Of a stretch of 64,000 nt of DNA, positions 1 to 10,875 are shown in pieces; positions within the stretch are counted from its first letter, which is position 1; every line of letters starts with the position of its first letter. Source of the stretch: Plasmodiophora brassicae (lineage: Eukaryota); assembly GCA_036867785.1 (NCBI GenBank), contig CP145419.1, positions 310,001 through 374,000 on the forward strand, in the 5' to 3' direction. The position numbers and the translations under genes were made by a program. The notes under the pieces are model-generated. The model was not told where the DNA came from and searched no databases. It saw only the letters and a list, made by a program, of their open reading frames with translations.

Positions 1-29
1 TTGACCCCATCCCCTAATAATTGCTGACC

Positions 30-362
30 ATGATCTACCTAGTCGCCATGCTCGTCGTCGTTCAGTTAGCTGACGCTGTGTCGACTACGTCGAAGAGGCG
101 GATGCCAACGACCAAGAAGGCGACGATACCGGTTACCAGGATGACGGCCACGACGGCGGCCAGGAAGGCGACGTTGAAGATGAGCTCCAGCAAGGCTGGG
201 GCAGGACTGACGCATACGGCAAAGGCGACGACGAAAGCCGCGGGAGGAACGGCACCTTCGCCAACGTCCGCTCCCACACGCACCTCCGACGTCGTCGCTC
301 AGCAATCGTCCGGTTGGTTGCTGACCCTGGCCGCACTGATGCAGGTCGCCTTCATCTTCTAG
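30..362 (+). CDS. Small Thr/Lys-rich secreted protein, probably GPI-anchored
   Basis: ATG at 30. Hydrophobic N-terminus MIYLVAMLVVVQLADA, a TTKKAT/TTKAA-rich body, a PSPTSAPT linker and a hydrophobic C-terminus WLLTLAALMQVAFIF. Confidence 0.7.
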   Translation: MIYLVAMLVVVQLADAVSTTSKRRMPTTKKATIPVTRMTATTAARKATLKMSSSKAGAGLTHTAKATTKAAGGTAPSPTSAPTRTSDVVAQQSSGWLLTLAALMQVAFIF

Positions 363-575
363 CCATCATCATCTGCACGCCGGCCACCTGCTGTTCCATA
401 ATACACGACGCCGCCCCGTCTCGCCTCGTGTCGAAACCCGGTTCGCATGACGTCGAACGGATGCGCCGCCAAGTTGAGTCACTCCTCGACATGTTGCGGG
501 TCGAGCGAGCCGACCTCATCAGGTGATGACGCCAATACGAATTTCACAGGAAGACCAGAGACGTCAACGGTAGGC

Positions 576-1022
576 ATGAAGGCGTTTGTCGTGGCGATGA
601 TGGCAATTGGCGCGGTGGCGGCCGGAAGTGCACCATCGGACTGCGACCTCGGGACCTGCCTGTCTGTCGATTGCAAATCCAGCGACTGCTTCGCGTCGTC
701 GAACTGGCCGACCGACTCGTCCCAGAAAGTGTCGCCCGGCATCTGCAGCGCGTTCACGTCGTGTATGGACGCGAAACCAGCGGGATGCTACTTCGGCGCC
801 ACGGCGGCCATGTCCTACGAGCAGTGGTGCGGCAAGACCGTCCCGTCGCAACGATGCCACACGTTCCCCGACGGCCACCTCGACAGCTACAACACGCTGT
901 CTTGCTATAAGTCGACCGGGACCACCTCGGCGGCGACGGCACCCGCCAGCGGACCCTTATCGTTGGTTCTCTGGACCCTGACGTGCATTGCGGTCCTCGT
1001 CGTGCCGCTCAACCAGCCCTAA
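576..1022 (+). CDS. Small cysteine-rich secreted protein with C-terminal GPI/TM signal
   Basis: Signal peptide MKAFVVAMMAIGAVAA, 10 Cys in the mature region, a Ser/Thr linker and a hydrophobic tail LSLVLWTLTCIAVLVV. Confidence 0.75.
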   Translation: MKAFVVAMMAIGAVAAGSAPSDCDLGTCLSVDCKSSDCFASSNWPTDSSQKVSPGICSAFTSCMDAKPAGCYFGATAAMSYEQWCGKTVPSQRCHTFPDGHLDSYNTLSCYKSTGTTSAATAPASGPLSLVLWTLTCIAVLVVPLNQP

Positions 1023-1167
1023 AATACAGCCGCAAAAACGACCGCCAAAATGGCCCCCACGTTTGCGATAGTCTTTTTGGGCGGATGATGACTGTCAAGC
1101 CGAGGTGGTGCCGTGCGACGGTTCCCCTCGCACACGGTCATTCGACTATAAGGGGGGTTGCCGCAAC

Positions 1168-1950
1168 ATGGCACAGTTCGGGGAGGTGGGGTCGTTGGTG
1201 AGTACTGTGGCGGCAGCACGTGTTTACGTGTGCATGTAGCTGGTGCTCGTCCTCGGCGATATGCACATCCCGATGCGGACAGATAAACTGCCGGCCCAGT
1301 TCAAGACCTTGCTGGTGCGTGTGGGCAATCGGCCACTTCTGGCATGGTCGTCCTTATCGTCATGACAGGTCCCCGGGAAGATGCAGCATATTCTTTGCAC
1401 GGGCAATCTGTGCTCCAGGCAAGCGTTTGACCACCTGAAGACGATCGCGAGCAGCGTGCATGTCGCAAGGGGCGACTACGACGTGGACACTGATTTTCCT
1501 GAGCATTGTACCGTGAAGATCGGCAATTTCACGATAGGAGTCATGTCAGGGCCATTGTTCTCTGCTCCTACTGTCTGGCTCTGACTTGTGGAGGTAACAT
1601 CAGACACGGGCATCAAGTCCTCCCATGGGGTGACAGCGATGCTCTGGCCCAGATCCAGTCCCAGCTCGGCGTGGATATCCTGATCTCTGGGCACACTCAC
1701 AAGCAGGAGGTCTACGAACTCAACGGCAAGTACTTTGTGAATCCCGGGTCGGCGACAGGGGCGTACAGCCCAACCGAAGGGTATCGTGTTTCCAGTGGCA
1801 CTGTTGGCTGTGCCTAATGCTTGGTATAGGGAGGTTGTGCCCAGTTTCGTCCTCATGGCCATCAAGGACGACAAGGTTGTCACGTACGTCTACGAGCTCC
1901 GCGACGGCGAGGTCAAGGTCAGCAAATCGGAACACGTCAAATCCAAGTGA
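1168..1950 (+). CDS. VPS29: Retromer subunit Vps29 (multi-exon)
   Basis: Spliced translation gives [81 protein letters not shown] introns. Confidence 0.95.
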
Positions 1951-2051
1951 TGATTGGCGGTCGCGAGATTCCTGTCACTAAATGTACGCGGCCTGGATTC
2001 GCCTATGCGGTGTCGGACGCGGATCGTAGATAGATTAAATATCTCGCGCTG

Positions 2052-3987
2052 ATGATGTCGCCGTCGGCGGCGTGGGCGTTGTCCCTTCTGCTGCTGGCCG
2101 CGACTGTACCACTAGGGTCTCCGGCTGCATCCAACATCTGCACTTGGTACGCCAACGCTTGCAGGCCGACGCCAACTTCTCCAGCAACAATGTCGGTCAT
2201 CGCATGCTATGCAGTGTTCCAATGCTAACTCGTCGACAGTGTGCTCACGGGTAGACCCACCGTCGTAAAGGTGAACTCGACCTGGTTTGCTGGGCTGGGT
2301 GCGTCGGTCCTCAACGTGTAACACCGCCCACCTGCCTTGCACTCGTATTAGTTCCTGAACGTGTGTCAACGTTACAGGACGTTGAGCAGCGACGCGATCT
2401 CAGCGATGCCTGCAGACACGTTCCGCGTCCTGACGGCCTTGCAGTATCTGTCGATCAACTCGAACAAGCTATCGACGTTCCCGGCGGCAGTTACTGGCTT
2501 GACCAAGCTGACGACGCTGTCGCTATCGTCGAATCAGATCACACAGGTCCCATCCGGGAGCTTCGTCAATATGACTAGCCTTGCGACCCTGTAGGTGATT
2601 GGGTTCTTTAACGTTGCGTCACCCGTGTTCACTGTTTCCGTGTCCTCTGGTAGGATGATCGACGGGAACCCGATTACGTGGCTTCCGCCAGGCATCTTCT
2701 CTGGGACGAGGCTGACAAACTCGTCCATGTACGCGTTCCGCCCCGTTATCAAAAAGCATGGAAAGGGTCTCTTATGTCGTGCGCTTTCGCAGATCTTGGC
2801 CAGCGTCGTTAACGTGTGTCCCGCCCGGGTTCAAATACGGCTCAAAGCCAGTCTGCAGGTCGCCGACGTCGAGGTTTAACTCAACGAAGCGACTGTCGAG
2901 GCGGCCTTCCACCAAGGTACGGTCAAGCCGGCGTATTACCACGAGGCGACCTACAACGAGACGACGCACCACCCGGAAGCCGACGATCAGGAATACGACG
3001 CTGAAACCGCGAAAGGCAACGACTCCCATTCCCGCCGTTCGCGTAGTGACAACGGCCCCCATGGCGGCCAGCAGCGCTGATATCTTCGACCTGTCATCGC
3101 TGGGCGGCTTCATATCCGCGAACCTCAAGATCATCCTCTTCCTCGTCTTCCTCGTCACCATCTTCGCCTCGATGATCATCCTCACGTTGTTCTGCCGCAA
3201 GCAGCAGCAGCCGCAGCCGCCGCCCGGCCTCGACGGGTTCCCTCGCGTCGAACCTTACTTGCCGATGGCCCCCGGCGCCTCCCTCACGGGACCCTACGCC
3301 GGCGGCCACGGCTCCATCTCGCCGGTGATCAGCCAGAACCCTGGCCTGATCCCTGCTGGTCCCCACGCGTCGTTCACTGCTCCACACGGGAGCTTTGCGG
3401 CGCCGCATGGAAGCTTTGCAGGCCCACATGGTAGCTTCACCGGCCTCCATGGCAGCTTTGCGTTCCCACCGGCTCCACATGGGAGCTATGCTATCCCACA
3501 GTCCCCGCATGGGAGCTTTGCCGTTGCCATGGCCCCGCACGGGAGCTTTACGGGCCCTGCCGGCGGTGGCTATGCTGCCCATCATGGCAGTCTGCCGGTG
3601 AACGCGTCGTTCGACTTCCAGAACCGGTCGTACTACGGCGGGTCTATGTCCCAGCAGGTGCCTCAGCAGTACGGGTACCCTCAGCAAGCCGGCTACAACA
3701 ACTACGGGCAGGACCCGATGACGCAGCAGCAGCAGCAGCAGCAGTCGTTCCAAGCGCGTTCACAGAGCCTGCAAGCGGGCGTGTCGAACCCGTCCATGGG
3801 TTTCGCGCCGTCGCCTCACCTCCAGTATGGGCAAGACCCGAACGCGCAGATGTACGGCCAGCCCGAGCAGCCGCACGTGCACACGCCGAAGAACAGGAAG
3901 AAGACGTTCAACAACACGCCGCACACGACCGCGCACGACGTGGTCAGCGATAACGAGCATGGCGATCCGAACCAGAATCAGACATGA
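2052..3987 (+). CDS. Single-pass LRR receptor-like protein with TTRRP/TTRKP stalk and low-complexity cytoplasmic tail
   Basis: Signal peptide MMSPSAAWALSLLLLAA. LRRs (LQYLSINSNKLSTFP, LTTLSLSSNQITQVP, IDGNPITWLP). TM segment IILFLVFLVTIFASMIILTLF. Tail with HGSF repeats and Q/Y/G-rich sequence. Confidence 0.8.
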
Positions 3988-4066
3988 TCTACGCCCCGAC
4001 CCGCACGTCGAATAAATCCTGTCTGTGCAGGGCGCGTGACATTGTTTGACGACACGTTGTCGCTGC

Positions 4067-7000
4067 TCAGACGGTGATCATGTCGGTGGAGCAGAACTCG
4101 GTGTGGGCCCAACGAAGGATGCCGTCCGCGGCCCAGGAGACGGCCAGGATCGGGTAGACCAGCACGGGGATCATGAACCACTTCCACATGCGCAGCGTCT
4201 CGAACGAGAACGGGAGCAGGTTGCAGACGGTCGGGCAGTTGCTCGGGAACGCCAGCGGCGCCAGAATGGCCAGGATGCCAATGACGCACGGGACGACGAT
4301 CACGAGCGCGATCGCAGGAACCACCCAGCGTATTCCGACTGGACACGAATCAGTTCGGGGCCGCCGCCGACATCCCGCCCGATTCGGCGCGGCTTACTGA
4401 AGTACGTCCTGATGCGCTTGACGAGGTTGACGTCTTCGACCTCCTTCTCGGGCTCAACCTCGCTGCCGAACGACTGTGTCGGGTCGGGCAGGTCGCTCGT
4501 GAACAGGTGCGTTAGCCACTGGTCGTTGCGGGACAGGTCCACGAGAATGCTGCCGGCGCACGATGATTCGGCCGAGGCCGGCATCCACATTAGCAGCGTG
4601 ATCGCGAAGTAGAACGCGGATGCCACCATCGTGAACGGCAGCTTGAGGACCGAGAGGTAGGCGCGGGGCGTGATGGGCGACACGGCGAACTTGACGATCA
4701 TCGAGCTGGTTGCCATGCCGTTCGTCAGGTACAGCGTCGAGCCAATGAACCGTGACCCATTCAGCACTGGGCGGCCATCAGTGCCAACGATAAGAGGGGT
4801 TGGCATGCGGCGGCGCCCACCGAGGATAGAGACGATGCACGTCTCGAGGAACACTGTTTGGGCACCCAGGGCGAAGACCAGAATGACCAGAGCGATGTTG
4901 GACAGCAGCCAGAAGCAGATCAGGTTGCGACGGAACCTGAACGAGAAGCGATCAGGCCCGGGTATCCACCTGCGATAGCGGCGCCGACGACGAACCCGAG
5001 GAACCGACGTTTGATCATCGCGCGAGTGTTGACGTCCTCGCTGCCGGTGACCTGGTCCAGGTCCTTCGTGCCCCAGCTGACATCGTGCGTGTTAGACATG
5101 GCAAAGATCTGTTGGGACCAGAGTCAGTAGTCTGGGCGCGCCCCTTGTCGAAAGGGCGAACCCACTGGAAACCTGTGCCCAGCCGTTAGTCGCGTCTCAC
5201 GTATCGGTCCAGAGCGGAACTGACGCAATCATCATCGTTGGCATCATGCCCAGGAACGCGACGAACGAGATGAGGATGGACCCCAGCGCACCGTGCATCA
5301 GGCCGGCCACGAGGTAGATGCCCCAGGCGACGAACAGCTAGAGCGGCACCCAATCAGCGAGTGAACCCCACCATGGAGCGTCGCCATGGGCGTACGGTGG
5401 CAATCAGCAGCAGGTTGCCGTTCTGGATCTGGTCTAACGAGAACGTGATCGTGATGACCAGGATCGCGACGAAGTACACGGCGAGAAGGAACGACACGCC
5501 CGTGTACGCCCAGGACAGCCTCTTCGAATCAGGATCAGGGCCGGGAGCCGTGCCCGGAGACACACCCGCAAACCTTCGGGTCGTTCCGAAACGCCATGAG
5601 GAACTGGATGGCGACCAGGACGACAAAGATGGCCCCAGCAACGATGCATAGATCCAGCGGCGCCCCGAGGTCGAACGACGTCAGCACAACGACGAGGAAG
5701 AAGATGCCGATCGTCAGCCACTGGATGACGACGCTGAGCACGTAGAACAGGAATTCGAAGGTGATGGCCAGCTTCCGGACCACCCTGTCGAACAGCATGA
5801 GGGACGGCCCAGGAGACGCGGGTGCCCGTGTCGCACCCACCCATGGTTGGACTGCCTCCAGAACGAGAAGAAGTGCCCTAACGCGTACAGCAGCGCGAAG
5901 AACGACCCGTTCAGCCAGCGCCGTCGTTGCTTCAGCAGCGAGGGGAGGTCATGGGGCACGTCCGTCTCAGCAACGGCCGTATTGACGTAGCAGAGCGTGT
6001 AACTGCAATTGGTCTTGGCGATCAGCTCGTAGCACAGCAGCCGGTCTTCTGCAAGGGTCCTGCAACCGGAGGCGTTCAGTCCCCCGATGGGGGGTCACGT
6101 GGCTCCAGATGAGGACGTACATGTTGCTCGAGAACGGGCGAAGGTCGCTGTCCGCCATGAAGATCGACTTGAAATAGTGCTTGAGCGGCTCCCCGAGTAA
6201 CGCCTGGTACCGATACGCTGAGAACGCCCCGGGCAGGACGCTCAGGTATCCCAGGGACGATTCGAACGCCTTGTCAAGCACGCTGGCGACCTGCGACGCA
6301 CATGGCGCGTGAGCACACACATACGCCTTCGTTCGTGCCACGTCGGCGGCCCGCCCTTACCTCGTACTCAAAGTGCTGCGCTGCGACAATCTAACGGGAC
6401 GGAACGAATGGGAAACTGACGATGCGTCGGCGGCGCGCGCCACCCATACCGGGTTGAGATAGTCGACGATTCCGTGGTGGCGCGTCTTCATTCGGCCACA
6501 GACCCCGGCGATGTTCGTGCTGGCGTCGAGGGCCCTGCGGTGCATCTCTGTCAGTACCAGGCGGCAGCAGCAGGCGGCGGGGGATGGGACCTGTAGAACC
6601 CCAGGAACGCGGAATCCTGGGGCAGGGTACCGACGTCGAGCAGGAAGGTGAACTTGGGTTTCATGACGTGGGCGAACCCCTCGAAGAACCAGAGATGCGA
6701 GTGCAACTTGCCCCGGTTCTGCTCCTTCATCGCGAATACGACCTGCAACGGGGGCAGCAGCGTTCCCGCCGCCTCGTCGTCCACAAGGCGGATCACTGAC
6801 TCGAACAGGTGCACCGCTGTGTTCTTGGGCGCCTGCTCCATGGTGCTGACCGACAGTATCCCAAGTGAACTATACATACACACAGAGAGCCTCTTGATTA
6901 ACGGAACGGGGACCTGTCAGGGGACGCGCAGCACCCGAACCTGGCGAATTTCATCGTTGCCGGGTTCGCTTTCGCACGCCCATCGCTGACAATGCAGACG

Positions 7001-7672
7001 GCAACCGACTTCCACAGGGCGCTGCGCTTCAGGATCTTGCACATGTGCTTAATGTTCCTGCTAACTGGTTGCACAGGGTCGGTCAGGTCGGATCGGGCAG
7101 GCCTCCAGACGCGCCCGCTTACTGGCGCGCAGCGTGAGGCTCAGTTCGTCCTGCTCCTCGTTGTACATCGTGACGACAATCAGGATCGTGTTGTTGCGGT
7201 CGAACGCGAGGCGCGGCGCGGTCGCCCGCCATTTGAACGGCGACGCCTGCGTGATGGAGCGATACCGGAAGTTACGGTCGCGGCCCTCGTCACTCCCCTG
7301 GGTGTCGTCGTCCTCGTACGCCTCGGCCTGCTTGTCAACAAGAACCTCGTCCAGCTCCCCGTCATCCTTCTCGTCATCCTTCTCGTCCGATGCGTCATCG
7401 ACAATGATCGGGAGCTCATCGTCCAGTGGTTCGCCTTCCGGCTCCTTCGCACCCGACGCCGGTGGTGACGAGGGTCGCCGTTCCTCACCGGTGCCGGCCT
7501 CCAGCTTCGCCAGCTCCTCACGCAGCGCCTTGCGAAGCGCTGCCCGACGACATCCCCCAATTCAGAATCGCTCCAGGGCAGGGCGTGGGCCCTCTGTGCT
7601 GCTCCACAAACCTGTCCCCCGCAGCATTTGCCCATCGTCGCCGTAGATGACGACGCCGGGCATGCTCAGCAT
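4067..7672 (-). CDS. CHS: Chitin synthase (GT2), paralogue A, multi-exon
   Basis: Motifs [57 protein letters not shown] and DVSWGTK, followed by multiple TM helices. Start inferred from exon MLSMPGVV at 7672. Confidence 0.93.
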
Positions 7673-7857
7673 CGCTGCCGCTGCTCCTGAGGACCAACAC
7701 GCCGGCCGCTGTCTGCCTCTGCGACAGTGACGAGTAGCACGCCCACGAACGTGGGCCCCGGTCGCTACGTGTAACGTCACACACACAGGCGATCTTCTGG
7801 AACGTTTGAACTGGAGCGCCCAGCGCTGGCCTTTAGTATTGCAGATGGGCATCGGGA

Positions 7858-8490
7858 TTACTGTGGCGGGAACCCTCTGCCGTACTGAGGCATCGGCGGC
7901 GGCGGCGGCATGCCCCGCCCGGCCGGTGGCGGCGGCGCGCCAGGCGGGAAGAAGCCGGCGGGTGGCGCCGGGCCGCCTCGTCCCATGTACGGCGGCATGA
8001 CGGGCGGGGGGAACGCGCCGCCGCGGCCCATCGCTGGGAACTGTGGTGGGGGTGGGCCCGCGTAACCGGCGGGGAAGGCGGGCATTGGTGGAGCGCCCAT
8101 GACGCCACCGCGTCCCATCATGTGGGGAGGGGCGGTCATCGGCGCCGCCATCGGCATGCCACGGCCGACGGCGCGCCCCATGCCAGGGCCGGGTTGGCCG
8201 CGGCCGGCCAGGTCGGATTTCTTCGGGGCCGGCCGCGTTTCCGGCACCATGGACACGATGTTCTCGCCGCGCAGCAGTACGAACCCGAGCACGCGCTTCT
8301 CCTCGCGTTCGTCGGCCTTCTTCTTTCCTTTCGGGATGATGCGTCGGAACTCCTCCGTGTCGCTCAGGACGATGTTCATGTGCTTGTCGAAGGCGACGAA
8401 CGTGCCGACCAGCCACCGGTGATCGTGGATCGTGATCCGGACGCGCCAGTTCAGGAACTGCAGCATCTTGCTCGTCTTGGGCATCGACAT
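7858..8490 (-). CDS. SNRPB: snRNP core protein SmB/B'
   Basis: Sm1 motif (GTFVAFDKHMNIVLSDTEEFR), Sm2 motif (LGFVLLRGENIVSM) and a Pro/Gly/Arg-rich tail. Confidence 0.95.
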   Translation of the reverse strand: MSMPKTSKMLQFLNWRVRITIHDHRWLVGTFVAFDKHMNIVLSDTEEFRRIIPKGKKKADEREEKRVLGFVLLRGENIVSMVPETRPAPKKSDLAGRGQPGPGMGRAVGRGMPMAAPMTAPPHMMGRGGVMGAPPMPAFPAGYAGPPPPQFPAMGRGGAFPPPVMPPYMGRGGPAPPAGFFPPGAPPPPAGRGMPPPPPMPQYGRGFPPQ

Positions 8491-8495
8491 GGCGA

Positions 8496-8526
<31 letters not shown>

Positions 8527-8934
8527 GCGAACGATCGCAACGCCGACACGACCTGACCCCCGGACCTGCCCTTCGCGGACTAAAACTCCGCCGACTGCAG
8601 CTCACCGTCTGCTGCGCCTGCCTTCGCCGTCATGCAGAGGGACCACGAAGGCGCTCTTCCCAGCTACTGCTGGTGCGTGCGTGACGTTCAGCACGTCCAC
8701 CGTTGGGTGTTCTCGTCGCTGCGAACAGGCCTGATCCAATAAGCAGCTGTATATATTGCAGAATCTAGCCTGCGGGGCATTCCTGGGGACAGCGCAGCAG
8801 TGCGCGTCAGCGATGTCCTTGTTGCGATGGCGTGAAGAGGGCTCCAGTAAGGAGTCAACACAGTGATGGGCGCGTGCCAAACACGCCAGACTCAACATTC
8901 GTTGGTAGGTGGCACCGGTTCACCGACATAGGCG

Positions 8935-10633
8935 ATGCGGGAGATCGTCAGCATCCAGCTTGGGCAGTGTGGCAATCAGGTACGGCGGGTGCGCACCATC
9001 GGCAACCCTACACGCTAACCGCGCGTCCGGTCAGGTGGGGTCCGCGTTCTGGGGATCCATTTGCGACGAGCACGGCATCGATGCCGATGGAAACTTCACC
9101 GGGGGATCCGATCAGCAACTAGACCGGATCGATGTCTTTTTCAACGAGGTCGCGCGCGTCGTGACACCGACGCAGCAGCATCACATTCTGACTGCATCCA
9201 TTCCAGGGTTACACGGGACGCTACCTGCCCCGATGCATTCTTGTGAACACTCGCCCGACTGTGTTTGAACGGCGCGATGCTGACCGACGGCTGTAGGTGG
9301 ACACGGAGCCGTCGACTCGGCAGACGGTTCAGAACAGTGTGTTCGGGAAACTGTTCACGCATGACAACCAGGTGTTCGGGAAGGGAGGTGCCAGTAACAA
9401 CTGGGCCAAGGGCCACAACGCCGATCTGATCGACCCGATCATGGACGCCATCCGACGCGAGGCCGAAGCATGCGACTGCATTCAAGGTTTTCAGATCACA
9501 CACTCGCTCGGTGGCGGTACGGGATCTGGGCTTGGTTCGGCGGTCTGCGAGCAGATCAAGGACAGGTACCCTGAGCATATCCTCAGCAATATCGCTGTCT
9601 TCCCGTCCCCGAAGCTATCGGACACGGTCGTCGAACCGTACAACACGACCCTGTCGTTCCAGGCCCTGCTGGAACATTCCAACGACACGTTCGTGATTGA
9701 CAACGAGGCGCTGTACAACATCGCGCAGAGGACGTTGCGACTGGAGACGCCGTCCTACGAGGACATCAACAAGCTGATGGTCATGGTAAGCCTCGTTGTA
9801 CCCAGCGGGTAATACCCCCATCCCAACCATTGTCAGGCGCTGTCGGGCATTACGGCATCCTTGCGGTTCCCAGGTCAGACCGCCTTCTGCAACGGTCAGC
9901 ATCGTGGTGTGACACTGCGTTTCGACCCATCAGGGCAGCTGAATACCGACCTCCGAAAACTCGGTGTGAACCTGACACCGTTCCCGCGCCTGCACTTCTT
10001 CATGCTCGGATGCGCTCCGCTAACGTCGGCGGCCACCAAGCCGTTCCGAACGCAGTCGGTCGCCGAGCTCACCAAGCAAATGTTCACGGCGACCAACATG
10101 ATGGTACCAGGACGCAATGATCCAATGGTCTTCATGCACGCTAAAGCGAACGGTGTCAGTGCGAGTGCAACGTGAACGCTGGGCGATACCTTGCCGCGGC
10201 GGCGATGTACCGCGGCCACGTTTCCACGCTCGACGTTGACAAATCGGTCTTGCAGATTCGCAACACGTACAGCAGGCAGTTCGTGCCATGGATGCCGGGC
10301 AACGTCCAGTCATCAGGTAAACCGCCGCCTATCTTCGGCCGTCTCACACCTGATCCGCGCTGCGCGTCAGTCTGCAGCGTCCCGCCCCGCGGTCTCCGCA
10401 TGTCGTCGACGTTCGTCGGCAACAGCACGTCGATCTGCGACGTGTTCGACCGCGTCGAGGCGCAGTTCGCCACCATGTTCGCCAAGAAGGCGTTCCTGCA
10501 CTGGTACACGGCCGAAGGCGTCGACGAGATGCAGTTCACGGAGGCCGAGCACAACCTCGCCGACCTCATGGGCGAATACAAACAGTTCCAGGCGGACGGG
10601 CCCAGCGACGGCCAGGACGCCGCCGCCGAATAA
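8935..10633 (+). CDS. TUBB: Divergent beta-tubulin (multi-exon)
   Basis: [79 protein letters not shown]. Confidence 0.93.
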
Positions 10634-10875
10634 AAAACGCGCCGACCGCCCCGGGCAAACGGAACGCTTCGTAATCGTGTCGACGAAGGTGTCAGCGTTG
10701 GTGCCGCGGTCTGCACCTTACGTTACGGCGTGACCGGGCGGGCGACGGCGGACTGCGCGTCCGCGCCCTGTTCGGGGTCGACCGTCTCGTAACGTTGTGG
10801 GGGGCGTTGCCGCTTATTACGCACCGTCACGTTGCGGCAGTTCGCGGGCGGCGACCGGTGATGCCGGTCTGGGCT

